Shown: one piece after another, positions 39,885 to 49,325 of the stretch
Layout: every line of letters starts with the position of its first letter
Position numbering within the stretch: position 1 is the first letter of the stretch
From: Mycobacterium sp.
GTDB taxonomy: Bacteria > Actinomycetota > Actinomycetes > RYN-182
Direction: 5' to 3'
Length of the DNA: 64,000 nt
Assembly (NCBI GenBank): GCA_025965515.1
Contig: JAOPWU010000149.1
Span: forward strand, 430 to 64,429
Translations under genes and position numbers: made by a program
The notes under the pieces: generated by a model
The model's database searches: none
Told to the model about the DNA's origin: nothing
Seen by the model: the letters and a program-made list of their open reading frames with translations, nothing else

Positions 39885-40431
39885 GGTGTCCGGGTTCCCG
39901 GAACCGGACGCTCGCACCCGTACGGGTGCCCTCAGCGCGCCACCCGCCCGGCGCCCCCCGGCCGGTGGCCGCCTGCTGCGGCGGGCGGGCGCGGCGGCGC
40001 TCGCCGGAGCGGCCGTGACGCTCGCCGTCGAGGCCCTCCTGCCCGGCGGGCACCGCGCGGCGCCCACCCGCTCGGCCGCCCAGCCGACGGACCCCGTCCA
40101 CCAGCTCGTCGTGCAGGTCGCGGGGCCGTCGCGCTGGGTGCTGGGCGCGCCCGTCGACATCGGCTACGGCGTCGTCCAGGTGCGCGCGCAGGTGGGGGAC
40201 CGCCGGCTGCTCGACGTCGCCGCGGTGCGGCTGCCGATGGCCGACGAGAACAGCCGCCGGCTCTCGGGCGCGTCCGCTCCGGCCCTGCGGGCGCAGGCGC
40301 TCGCCCGCCAGGGAGGCCCGCTGGACGCGGTCTCGGGCGCCTCCTACACGGCCGAGGCGTACGCCCGGTCCCTGCAGGCCGCGCTGGACGTCGCGCTGCA
40401 CGGGGGGACGGCGGCGCCGCAGGTCTTGTGA
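39883..40431 (+). CDS. Tat-signal FMN-binding domain protein
   Basis: RRPPAGGRLLRRAGAAALAGAAV twin-arginine-like signal; C-terminal VSGASYTAEAYARSLQAAL resembles the FMN_bind motif; start codon overlaps the divergent VIT1 start. Confidence 0.45.
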   Translation: MVSGFPEPDARTRTGALSAPPARRPPAGGRLLRRAGAAALAGAAVTLAVEALLPGGHRAAPTRSAAQPTDPVHQLVVQVAGPSRWVLGAPVDIGYGVVQVRAQVGDRRLLDVAAVRLPMADENSRRLSGASAPALRAQALARQGGPLDAVSGASYTAEAYARSLQAALDVALHGGTAAPQVL

Positions 40432-40451
40432 GCGGGCGGCAGGATGGCCGC

Positions 40452-41717
40452 ATGCGCACCGACCTCGCTACCGGATCCGGCCCCGTGGACGTCCTCGTGG
40501 TGGGCGGCGGCCCGGCCGGGCTGTCGGCCGCCGCCTCGGCCGCGAAGGCGGGCGCCCGGGTGCAGGTGCTCGAGCGCGGCGCCGGCATCGGCGTGCCGGT
40601 CCGCACCAGCGGCGGCAGCTTCACCCGGCCGTTGCGGGCGCTCGGGCTGCCCTCCTCCTGCTGGCACCCCGTCACGGCCATCCGGATCGCGGGGCCGCAC
40701 CGCGACGTCGTGTTCCGGTACCGGCGGGCACTCGGCTGCGTGATCGACGTGCGGGCGCTCTACCAGTGGCTGGCCTCGCGCGCGGGGGACGCCGGCGCGG
40801 CCCTGGCGCTGCGGAGCACGGTGACCGGTCCGCTGCTGGACGGGGACCGGGTGGCCGGGGTCCGGCTGCGCGACGGCTCGGAGCGGGAGGCGCGGTGGGT
40901 CGTCGACGCCAGCGGGCAGGCGGGCCTGCTGGCGCGCGCCGCCGGGCTGCGGACGGCGACCGACGAGCGGCGGGCGCTGGGCCTGGAGGCCGAGGTCTAC
41001 GCCCCCCGGTACGACCAGCGGGAGGCGCTGCTCGTGGTCGGCGACGCCGTGGCGCCCGGCGGGTACGGCTGGGCCTTCCCGGTCGGGAACGGCCGGGTGC
41101 GGCTGGGGGTCGGCGTGGTGCGGCCGGACAGCGACGCGGAGCTGCCGCCGCTGCTGGCGGGGCTCGTGGAGCGGGTCCCCGCGCTGCGGGAGGCCTGCGC
41201 CGGGGCGGTGCCGCTGGAGGAACACGCCGGCGTCATGCCGGCGCTGCCGTTCGGCTCGGTGCCGTTCACGGCGCCCGGGCTGCTCGTGGCCGGCGACGCG
41301 GCCGGCCAGGGCTCGACGCTCATCGGGGAGGGCATCCGGTACGCCATCGCGGCCGGACGGCTCGCCGGGTCGGTCGCGGCGGATGCGGTGGCCGCGGGCC
41401 CGCAGGGGGAGCGGCTCGCCGTCGCGCGGTACGAGCGGGAGTGGCGGGCGGAGCAGGGCACCGGGATGCGCGTCGCGTGGGAGGTGCACCAGCGCGTCTG
41501 CCGCTACACGGACGACGACTGGGTGCGGGTGGTCGACCTGGTGGCGCGGCTGAGCCCCGGCCAGGTCGCCCGGGCGCTCGCGGGGGAGCTGGACGGCCGG
41601 TTCGCCGCCAGCCTGCTGCTGACCCGGCCCCACGTGGTCCTGGGTGCCGGGCGGTCGCTGCTCCGTTCGTCGGCACCGTTCCTGGGCCGTTCGGGTGGCG
41701 CGTCGGCGAAATCGTGA
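40452..41717 (+). CDS. FAD-dependent oxidoreductase, geranylgeranyl reductase family
   Basis: 421 aa; VDVLVVGGGPAGLSAAASAAKAGARVQVLER; GDAAGQ motif. Confidence 0.75.
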   Translation: MRTDLATGSGPVDVLVVGGGPAGLSAAASAAKAGARVQVLERGAGIGVPVRTSGGSFTRPLRALGLPSSCWHPVTAIRIAGPHRDVVFRYRRALGCVIDVRALYQWLASRAGDAGAALALRSTVTGPLLDGDRVAGVRLRDGSEREARWVVDASGQAGLLARAAGLRTATDERRALGLEAEVYAPRYDQREALLVVGDAVAPGGYGWAFPVGNGRVRLGVGVVRPDSDAELPPLLAGLVERVPALREACAGAVPLEEHAGVMPALPFGSVPFTAPGLLVAGDAAGQGSTLIGEGIRYAIAAGRLAGSVAADAVAAGPQGERLAVARYEREWRAEQGTGMRVAWEVHQRVCRYTDDDWVRVVDLVARLSPGQVARALAGELDGRFAASLLLTRPHVVLGAGRSLLRSSAPFLGRSGGASAKS

Positions 41718-41899
41718 GATGTCTCACTCTTCTTGCGGCGGGCCCCCCCGCGGCCTGCGGAAACGGTCTTGCCGGGGTGCGCCACCCGGCCACCTGATGG
41801 CCACCGGGGCGTCACGCTGTGGGCACGCTGTGCGTTCGTCCTTGTACCGTCTGCTCTCGCCGCCCACCGGGTGGTCACGACCCGCGATCGCCGAACCCT

Positions 41900-42060
41900 G
41901 CCCCGCGGGCCCCCGTGACGAGCCGTCCCCAGGGCAGGGGCGGGGGAACCACACGCACCGGTCCCCCCGGAGCACCGGGGCCCGTGGTGTCACCGCGGAC
42001 CCCTTGGGGTGAAGTCGCGCGAGCGACGGGGCTATCTCCAGCCCCAACCCGACAGCTCAC
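41900..42060 (+). promoter_or_regulatory. candidate ydaO-type (cyclic-di-AMP) riboswitch in 5' leader of NlpC/P60 gene
   Basis: 370-nt leader; pseudo-symmetric halves GCGGGGGAACCACAC ... GGGGTGAAGTCGCGCGAGCGACGGGGCTATCTCCAGCCCCAACCCGACAG matching the remembered ydaO elements (GGGGUGAAUC, ACGGGG, ACCCGA); ydaO commonly precedes rpf/NlpC-P60 genes in Actinobacteria. Confidence 0.45.
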
Positions 42061-42090
42061 CTCGTAGGCGTGCGGAGAAGAACCCTTCCC

Positions 42091-42861
42091 ATGTCGTCTG
42101 CTCACCCGCAGCTCAGCCATGCCTCCTTCCGCCCCGTGCGCCTGCTCGCGGCCACCGCCGCCACCGGTGCCACCCTCGTCGGCGGTGCCGTGCTCGCCGC
42201 TCCGGCGAACGCGGCCGTCACCCCGGTCTCGGCCGTCTCCGGCGTCGCGGACGTCTCCTCCTCCTCCGCCGTGTCGGTCGCCTCCTCGTACGTCGGCGTC
42301 CGCTACGTGTACGGCGGGGCCAGCCCGTCCGGCTTCGACTGCTCCGGGTTCACCCAGTACGTGTTCAGCCAGCTCGGCATCAACCTGCCCCGCACGGCCG
42401 CCGCCCAGTACGGCGCGGTGTCGCACGTCTCGCAGGGTGCCAAGCAGCCCGGTGACCTGCTGTTCTTCTCGGACGGTGGCGGCATCTACCACGTCGCGAT
42501 CTACGCGGGCGGCGACAGCATGTACGACGCCCCGCACAGCGGCACCACCGTCGGCCTGCGCGGTATCTGGAGCGGCAGTTACCTCGTCGGCCGTGTCGGC
42601 GGCGTCGGCTCGGCGCCCGTCGCGCTGAGCAGCACCGACACCCAGGCGTCGACGTCCGGCATCGCCGTCGGCGGGGGCCTGCTGTCCTTCGGTTCCACCG
42701 GCTCGTCCGTCTCGGCCGTCCAGTCGAAGCTGGGCGACGTCGCGGTCGACGGCGTCTTCGGGCAGCAGACCCGTGGCGCGGTCATCACGTTCCAGCAGGA
42801 CCACGGTCTGCTCGTCGACGGCATCGTCGGGCCGCAGACCCGCGGCGCGCTGGGGCTCTAG
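42091..42861 (+). CDS. NlpC/P60 peptidoglycan endopeptidase with C-terminal peptidoglycan-binding domain (RipA/Rpf-interacting-like)
   Basis: Signal peptide; catalytic YVYGGASPSGFDCSGFTQYVF (Cys) and H in YHVAIYAGG; C-terminal PG_binding_1 (GVFGQQTRGAVITFQQDHGLLVDGIVGPQT). Confidence 0.85.
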   Translation: MSSAHPQLSHASFRPVRLLAATAATGATLVGGAVLAAPANAAVTPVSAVSGVADVSSSSAVSVASSYVGVRYVYGGASPSGFDCSGFTQYVFSQLGINLPRTAAAQYGAVSHVSQGAKQPGDLLFFSDGGGIYHVAIYAGGDSMYDAPHSGTTVGLRGIWSGSYLVGRVGGVGSAPVALSSTDTQASTSGIAVGGGLLSFGSTGSSVSAVQSKLGDVAVDGVFGQQTRGAVITFQQDHGLLVDGIVGPQTRGALGL

Positions 42862-42897
42862 TCCCCCAGCACCGCTCCGGACCCGTGCCGGACACCG

Positions 42898-42930
42898 CAG
42901 CAGGCCGGTCCCGCAGGGGGCCGGCCTGCT
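42898..42930 (+). terminator. stem-loop downstream of NlpC/P60 gene
   Basis: GCAGGCCGG-(12 nt)-CCGGCCTGC perfect 9-bp stem; no U-tract (common in high-GC actinobacteria). Confidence 0.35.
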
Positions 42931-43085
42931 GCCGTCCGGACCCGCAACACGGTCGGAACCAGCCCGACGCCGGCCCGCAACGACCGGCGTCCTCGATGGA
43001 ACGGACGCCGGCCGCGGATCGTCCGCTCCGGTGACGGGCGTCGCGCGGCCGTTCGACCGGCGAGCGAAGGGGTACTCGACCAACC

Positions 43086-44879
43086 ATGTGTGGCCTGAGC
43101 GGAGAGATACGGCTGGACGGCAGGCGGGCCGACGTGCTCGCCGTCGAGCGGATGGCGAGCACCATGGACGACCGCGGCCCCGATGGTGCGGGCAGCTGGT
43201 CCCAGGGGCCGGTCGCGCTCGGGCACCGGCGGCTGCAGGTGATCGACCTCTCCGCCGCCAGCGCCCAGCCCATGGTCGACGGCGTCACCGGCCTCGCCGG
43301 CGTCTTCAACGGCTGCATCTACAACTACCCGGAGCTCCGGAAGGAGCTCGCCGGGCTCGGTCACACCTTCACCTCGCACGGCGACACCGAGGTGATCTTC
43401 AAGGCCTACCGGCAGTGGGGCCTGGACTTCGTCTCCCACCTCAAGGGCATGTTCGCGGTCTGCCTCGTCGAGCGGGACTCCGGCCGGGTGGTCCTGGCCC
43501 GCGACCGGCTCGGCATCAAGCCGCTGTACTACTCGGAGGCCCCGGGCCGGATCCGCTTCGCGAGCACCATGCCCGCGCTGCTGGCGGGCGGCGAGGTCGA
43601 CACCACCGTCGATCCGGTCGCGCTGCACCACTACCTGACCTTCCACAGCGTCGTGCCGGCGCCGCTCACCATCCTCAAGGGGATCCGGAAGCTGCCGCCC
43701 GCCACCGTGCGGGTCGTCGAGCCCGACGGCCGCATCACCGACACCACGTACTGGGCGTCGGACTTCTCCCGCCACCCGTCCCGCGCCGACTGGTCGCCCC
43801 GCGACTGGGAGGACGCCGTCGAGGAGAGCCTCACCGCGGCCGTGCGGCGCCGCATGGTCTCGGACGTCCCGGTGGGTGTGCTGCTGTCGGGCGGCCTCGA
43901 CTCGAGCCTCGTGGTGGCGCTGCTGGCCCGGGAGGGCCAGCAGGACCTCGCCACGTTCTCGATCGGCTTCGACTCCGTCGGCGGCCGGGAGGGCGACGAG
44001 TTCCGCTACTCCGACCGCATCGCCGCCGAGTTCGGCACCGACCACCACCAGCTCCGCGTGCCCAGCACGGACATGCTGCTGGCGCTCGAGGACGCCGTCG
44101 CCGCGATGAGCGAGCCGATGGTCAGCCACGACGCCGTCGCATTCCACCTGCTGTCCGCGGAGGTCGCGAAGAACGTCAAGGTCGTGCAGTCCGGGCAGGG
44201 CGCCGACGAGGTCTTCGGCGGCTACCACTGGTACCCGCCGCTCGCGGGCGTGTCCCGCGAACAGGCCCTCGAGGTGTACAGCCGGGCGTTCTTCGACCGC
44301 GACCACGCCGGCGTGAACAGCATCGTCACGCCGCGGTACGCCGTCGACCACGACGTGAGCCGGCAGTTCGTCGCCGACCACTTCAACGAGCCGGGCGCCG
44401 AGACGGCGGTGGACGCCGCGCTGCGGCTCGACACGAACGTGATGCTCGTCGACGACCCGGTGAAGCGCGTCGACAACATGACCATGGCGCACGGCCTGGA
44501 GGCCCGGGTCCCGTTCCTCGACCACGAGCTGGTGGAGCTGGCGGCGCAGTGCCCGCCGGAGCTCAAGCTCGCGAACGACGGCAAGGGCGTGCTCAAGGAG
44601 ATCGGGTACCGGCTGTTGCCGCGGGAGGTCATCGACCGCCCGAAGGGCTACTTCCCGGTCCCGGGGATCACGCACCTGGAGGGGAAGGTGCTGGACCGCG
44701 TCATCGACGCACTGCACGCGCCGGTGGCCCGCGAGCGCGGCCTGTTCCGCGACGCCTACGTCGACCCGCTGCTCGCGGATCCCAACCGGGAACTCACCCC
44801 CCTGCGCGGCAATAAGCTGTGGCAGCTCGGCCTGCTGGAGATGTGGCTGCAGGCGCACGGCATCCCGGCGGGAGGCTGA
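43086..44879 (+). CDS. asnO: N-acetylglutaminylglutamine amidotransferase (asparagine synthase-like class II GATase)
   Basis: MCGLSGE N-terminus (Cys2); SGGLDSS PP-loop; immediately followed by ngg and the NAGGN-system M42 peptidase. Confidence 0.85.
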   Translation: MCGLSGEIRLDGRRADVLAVERMASTMDDRGPDGAGSWSQGPVALGHRRLQVIDLSAASAQPMVDGVTGLAGVFNGCIYNYPELRKELAGLGHTFTSHGDTEVIFKAYRQWGLDFVSHLKGMFAVCLVERDSGRVVLARDRLGIKPLYYSEAPGRIRFASTMPALLAGGEVDTTVDPVALHHYLTFHSVVPAPLTILKGIRKLPPATVRVVEPDGRITDTTYWASDFSRHPSRADWSPRDWEDAVEESLTAAVRRRMVSDVPVGVLLSGGLDSSLVVALLAREGQQDLATFSIGFDSVGGREGDEFRYSDRIAAEFGTDHHQLRVPSTDMLLALEDAVAAMSEPMVSHDAVAFHLLSAEVAKNVKVVQSGQGADEVFGGYHWYPPLAGVSREQALEVYSRAFFDRDHAGVNSIVTPRYAVDHDVSRQFVADHFNEPGAETAVDAALRLDTNVMLVDDPVKRVDNMTMAHGLEARVPFLDHELVELAAQCPPELKLANDGKGVLKEIGYRLLPREVIDRPKGYFPVPGITHLEGKVLDRVIDALHAPVARERGLFRDAYVDPLLADPNRELTPLRGNKLWQLGLLEMWLQAHGIPAGG

Positions 44880-44881
44880 CC

Positions 44882-46708
44882 GTGGCGGCACCCAGCACGA
44901 CGCGACCCGGCGCGACGCAGCCCGGCACGACGCGGTCCCGCGAGCAGACGGGCCCGGGTGGTGACCCGGTGTTGCACGACGCGGCCGACGCCGACCCGAT
45001 CTCGGTCGAGCACAAGGGCGTCGTCGTCGACTGCGGCTGGGGGCGGCTGGTCTTCGGCCAGACCTTCCCGAGCGGCGACGACGCGGCCGAGGTGCTGCGC
45101 GCCGAGGCACCCGGCTCCCGGGACATCTGCCTGTACCTGCCGGACCCGCACGTGCTCGTGGCGCGCCGCTACGGCGAGCTGTTCCTCGACCCGTCGTACA
45201 CGTACCGGCTGGACCTGACGCGGCCGCTGCCGGAGCGGAACGGGCGGCTCGCACCCCCGGCCGGGCTGACCATCCGCCCGCTGCGCGACGCGAAGGACGC
45301 GGAGACCGTCAACTCGATCTACGCGCGCAACCGCATGGTGACGTCGCCGGTGGAGACCATCGTCGCGAACGCCACCACGCCGGTGTTCGAGCACCTCGTC
45401 GCAGAGGCGAGCGACGGGGCGGTCGTCGGCACCATCACGGGTGTCGACCACGTCGCGGCGTTCGGCGACCCGGAGGCCGGCACCAGCCTGTGGTGCCTCA
45501 CGGTCGACAACCAGTACGCGCCGCCCGGCACCGGCATGGCGCTGACCCTGGACCTCGCCGAGCGGTTCGCCGAGCGGGGCCGCCGCCGGCTGGACCTGTC
45601 CGTTCTGGCGGACAACGCGGGCGCCATCCGGCTCTACGAGAAGCTCGGGTTCGAGCGGGCCCCCGTCTTCTGCGTGAAGCGCAAGAACAGCATCAACGAG
45701 CCACTGTTCGCCCCGTCACCCGAGGGCTACGACGCCCTCAACCCGTATGCGCGCATCGTGGCGGACGAGGCACGGCGGCGGGGCATCGACGTGGAGGTGC
45801 TCGACGCGGAGTGGGGCGAGCTGCGGCTCACCCACGGCGGCCGCAGCATCGTCACGCGGGAGTCGCTGTCGGAGCTGACGTCCGCCGTGGCGATGAGCCG
45901 CTGCGACGACAAGCGCATCACCCGGCGGCTGTTCGAGCGGGCCGGGCTCGCGGTCCCCGCCGGCCGGCTGGCGGACGGCGGCGACGGCGACCGGGCCTTC
46001 CTCGCCGAGCACGGCAGCGTGGTCGTGAAGCCGGCCCGCGGTGAGCAGGGCCACGGCATCACCGTCGGCATCACGGACCCCGCGGACCTGGAGCCCGCGG
46101 TCGCGGCCGCGCGCCGGTTCTCCGACGACGTGCTGGTGGAGCAGTTCTTCGAGGGGGAGGACCTCCGCGTCATCGTCATCGACCACGAGGTCGTCGCGGC
46201 GGCGCTGCGCCGCCCCGCGGAGATCGTCGGCGACGGGGAGACGGACATCCGCACGCTGGTGGAGCGGCAGAGCCGCCGCCGGGCCGCGGCGACCGGCGGC
46301 GAGTCCCGCATCCCGCTCGACGAGGCCACCGAGGCCACCCTCCGCGCGCAGGGCAGGAGCTGGGACGACGTGCTGCCCGCGGGGGAGCACCTGCGGGTGC
46401 GGCGGACCGCGAACCTGCACACCGGCGGCACGATCCACGACGTCACGCCGCAGCTGCACGCCACGCTGGCGGAGGCCTGCGTGACGGCCTCGCGGGCGCT
46501 GGACATCCCGGTGACGGGGCTCGACCTGCTCGTGGTCGCCCCCGACAGGCCCGACCACGTGTTCGTGGAGGCGAACGAGCGGCCGGGGCTCGCGAACCAC
46601 GAGCCGCAGCCAACGGCCGAGAAGTTCATCGATCTGCTGTTCCCGGCGACGCGCGCCGTCCCGCGGGGGTGGCGCGCGGCGGGGGTCCCGGCGGACCGGA
46701 CACCCTGA
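44882..46708 (+). CDS. ngg: N-acetylglutaminylglutamine synthetase (GNAT acetyltransferase fused to ATP-grasp/cyanophycin-synthetase-like domain)
   Basis: GTG with GGAGG RBS, 2 nt after asnO stop; N-terminal GNAT (LADNAGAIRLYEKLGFE); C-terminal ATP-grasp (VVKPARGEQGHGITVGI...NLHTGGTIHDVT). Confidence 0.85.
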   Translation: MAAPSTTRPGATQPGTTRSREQTGPGGDPVLHDAADADPISVEHKGVVVDCGWGRLVFGQTFPSGDDAAEVLRAEAPGSRDICLYLPDPHVLVARRYGELFLDPSYTYRLDLTRPLPERNGRLAPPAGLTIRPLRDAKDAETVNSIYARNRMVTSPVETIVANATTPVFEHLVAEASDGAVVGTITGVDHVAAFGDPEAGTSLWCLTVDNQYAPPGTGMALTLDLAERFAERGRRRLDLSVLADNAGAIRLYEKLGFERAPVFCVKRKNSINEPLFAPSPEGYDALNPYARIVADEARRRGIDVEVLDAEWGELRLTHGGRSIVTRESLSELTSAVAMSRCDDKRITRRLFERAGLAVPAGRLADGGDGDRAFLAEHGSVVVKPARGEQGHGITVGITDPADLEPAVAAARRFSDDVLVEQFFEGEDLRVIVIDHEVVAAALRRPAEIVGDGETDIRTLVERQSRRRAAATGGESRIPLDEATEATLRAQGRSWDDVLPAGEHLRVRRTANLHTGGTIHDVTPQLHATLAEACVTASRALDIPVTGLDLLVVAPDRPDHVFVEANERPGLANHEPQPTAEKFIDLLFPATRAVPRGWRAAGVPADRTP

Positions 46709-46724
46709 CCTTCGCGAGTCGGGC

Positions 46725-47978
46725 ATGAGGCGCGCAGAGCCCCGGTACTGTGAAGATGTGACTGCCGTGGATCTCCCCGCTCAGCAGCACGGAGAGTCCA
46801 TCGCGGTCCCCGTTGAGATCGACATGGCCTACGTGCAGCGCGTCCTGCTCGAGCTGCTGCACATCCCCAGCCCCACCGGGCGCACCGACCACGTGCAGCA
46901 GTACGTCGGCGAGGAGCTGTCCCGCCTCGGCATGCAGGTCGTGATGAACCGGCGCGGCGCGATCAACGCGGTCCTCCCGGGTAGCCGCGACGGCGTGGAC
47001 CGCGCGGTCGTCGTCCACACCGACACGATCGGGTGCATCGTCAAGCGGCTCAAGGACAACGGGCGGCTCGAGGTGCGCTCCGTCGGCACGCACAGCGCCC
47101 GGTTCGCCGAGGGCGCCCGCGTGCGGATCTTCACCGACGACCTGGAAACGGTCTACTCCGGCACGGTGCTCCCGCTGAAGGCGAGCGGGCACAAGTACGA
47201 CACCCAGGTCGACACCCAGGGCGTCAGCTGGGAGCAGGTCGAGGTCCGCGTCGACGAGAAGGTGCACGACGACGCCGGGCTGCGGGAGCTGGGCATCGAC
47301 GTCGGGGACTTCGTGGCGCTGCTCAGCGAGCCGGACATCACCCCGACCGGGTACGTCAACGCGCGGCACCTCGACGACAAGGCCGGCGTGGCCGCGGCCC
47401 TCGGCGCGTTCAAGGCCGTCCTCGAGGCGGGCCTCGTCCCCCCCGTCAACGCGCACCTCCTCGTCACGTGCACCGAGGAGGTCGGGCACGGGGCGAGCGC
47501 GGGGATCGACAGCAACGTCGCGGAGATCGTCAGCCTCGACACGGCGGTCGTCGCTCCCGGGCAGCAATCCCGCGAGGACGCGGTCACCGTCGGGATGGGC
47601 GACGGCGTCGGGCCGTTCGACTACCACCTCACGCGGTACCTGACGGGCCTCGCGCGCGCCAACGGGCTGCCGCACACGCGGGACGTCTTCGACTTCTACC
47701 GGTCCGACCTGGCTGCGGCGCTCGAAGCGGGCGCCGACACCCGGGTCGCGCTGCTCGGGTTCGGCGTCGACGCGACGCACGGCTACGAGCGGACCCACCT
47801 CGACGGGCTCAACGCCCTCGCGCAGCTCGTCGCGCTCTACATCCAGTCGGACCTGGTGTTCCCGGAGTGGGACGCCACCGCCGAGGGCCGGCTGGCCGAC
47901 TTCCCGTCGCTGGCCGTGCAGCCCGCCGACGAGGAGGGGCCCCGCGAGGGCCCCATCGGCGACGTGTGGGACGACTGA
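46725..47978 (+). CDS. osmoprotectant NAGGN system M42 family peptidase
   Basis: 417 aa M42/FrvX-like aminopeptidase fold (AVVVHTDTIGCIV...LVTCTEEVGHGASAG); conserved third gene of asnO-ngg loci. Confidence 0.8.
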   Translation: MRRAEPRYCEDVTAVDLPAQQHGESIAVPVEIDMAYVQRVLLELLHIPSPTGRTDHVQQYVGEELSRLGMQVVMNRRGAINAVLPGSRDGVDRAVVVHTDTIGCIVKRLKDNGRLEVRSVGTHSARFAEGARVRIFTDDLETVYSGTVLPLKASGHKYDTQVDTQGVSWEQVEVRVDEKVHDDAGLRELGIDVGDFVALLSEPDITPTGYVNARHLDDKAGVAAALGAFKAVLEAGLVPPVNAHLLVTCTEEVGHGASAGIDSNVAEIVSLDTAVVAPGQQSREDAVTVGMGDGVGPFDYHLTRYLTGLARANGLPHTRDVFDFYRSDLAAALEAGADTRVALLGFGVDATHGYERTHLDGLNALAQLVALYIQSDLVFPEWDATAEGRLADFPSLAVQPADEEGPREGPIGDVWDD

Positions 47979-47985
47979 CGCCGGG

Positions 47986-48279
47986 TCAGCGGTAGGCGCG
48001 CCGGTGGTGGGGCCGGGCCAGCGCCAGCACTGCCACGTCGACCGCCACCGCGATGGCCGCCCCCCAGGCGACCCCCCGGGGGTCGGGCGTCGCCGCGGCC
48101 GTGTGCAGCCAGGCGAGCACCTCGGCGCGGGGCGTCGGGGAGACCGCCGCCCACATCGCCACCGGCAGCGCGGGCAACAGCACGAACGCCGCGCCGCCCC
48201 GACAGACCAGGCGCACCAGGTGGGGCATCAGCAGGATCACCGCGGCGGTCGCCACCAGGGTCCACTCCAGCGTCGTCAT
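47986..48279 (-). CDS. small hypothetical membrane protein
   Basis: 97 aa; two hydrophobic helices; high GC3; convergent with M42 peptidase. Confidence 0.35.
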   Translation of the reverse strand: MTTLEWTLVATAAVILLMPHLVRLVCRGGAAFVLLPALPVAMWAAVSPTPRAEVLAWLHTAAATPDPRGVAWGAAIAVAVDVAVLALARPHHRRAYR

Positions 48280-48377
48280 GGCCTGCCTCCCGTTTCCCGC
48301 GATCTCGTCCCCCCTTCAACGAGGGGCAGGGGTGGCGGGGGACGACCCGATCGGGTGATCCAGTCGAGCCCGGTGGG

Positions 48378-48986
48378 TCAGCGGTATTCGGGCCCCGCGA
48401 AGGTGGTCGCGGCCCGGCGCAGCACGGCCGCGCCGGCGCGGGCCTTCGCCGCCTGGCCCACGAGCGCGGGCGCCTCGTCGCTCGCCGGGTCGGCGAGCTG
48501 CTCGCGCCCCGCCGCGACGATGCCCAGGAACGCGGCGGCGCGGTCGGCGGCCGCGGCGAGCCGACCGCCGTACGCCAGCAGCAGGAGCGTCTCCCCGAAG
48601 CCGGCGAGATCGTCCGGTGTCGGGGTGTCCGGCAGCCCCGCCACCACCTCCGAGACCTGCTCGGCGTGGCGGCCCGTCTCGTACAGCAACCGGGCCTCGG
48701 CCGACCGGAAGTGCAGCCACGTCCGCAGCACGTGCAGCGTGAGCAGCACGTCCGGGAGGCTGCCGCTCTCGCTGCCGGACCAGGCCTCCGTCAGCTCGAC
48801 GACGCCCAGTTCGTCCGCACGGCGCAGCGCCAGTGCGGGGTCGTCGCGGCCCACGGTGAGCAGCGCCCGGGCGATGTCCTCCGCCAACTCGGCGCGGCGG
48901 CCGGGGGAGGAGTCCGGCGCGGGAGAGGCGGGGGGCTGCTGCGGCAGGCTCGCCGGGCGGCGGAAGCGGGCGGCGTCGTCGGTCAT
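48378..48986 (-). CDS. hypothetical protein
   Basis: 202 aa ORF with native-looking codon usage; no recognisable family. Confidence 0.45.
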   Translation of the reverse strand: MTDDAARFRRPASLPQQPPASPAPDSSPGRRAELAEDIARALLTVGRDDPALALRRADELGVVELTEAWSGSESGSLPDVLLTLHVLRTWLHFRSAEARLLYETGRHAEQVSEVVAGLPDTPTPDDLAGFGETLLLLAYGGRLAAAADRAAAFLGIVAAGREQLADPASDEAPALVGQAAKARAGAAVLRRAATTFAGPEYR

Positions 48987-49325
48987 CCCTGCGAGTGTCC
49001 CCCGAGGAGGCCCGACGACGCGCCATCGGCGGATTTCCCGGCTGGAGCCCCGGCAGGGGGAACACGGCGGGGCCCGAGAGGGGTTAGCCTGGACCAGCAG
49101 GGCCGGGCCGCATCACGGCCCCCGGGCTCACACCTTGTCGCTACGAGCGACGCCACGCCGAGAGGCGCCTGGCGGTCCGGTCCTGCACCTACGGTCCCGC
49201 TGCCCGCCCACCGGGCTGTCCGCCCGGAGGGTGTCCTGACCAGCCTGCGCGACGAGCCTGCGGGCCTGGGTCGGCCGGCGGCGGTCGCGCAGGAAAATTT
49301 CGAGCAGACGCGGTACGCCTGGCGC

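Noticed and set aside
38031-40451. 5' 800 codons of the 1228-aa plus-strand ORF
   Set aside because: Only the last 421 aa (from ATG 40452) form the FAD oxidoreductase; the upstream part is antisense to the methyltransferase and VIT1 genes and reads as R/G/P-rich filler.
42773-44815. 680-aa ORF overlapping asnO in another frame
   Set aside because: Frame-shifted shadow of asnO; extreme Arg/Pro/Gly composition.
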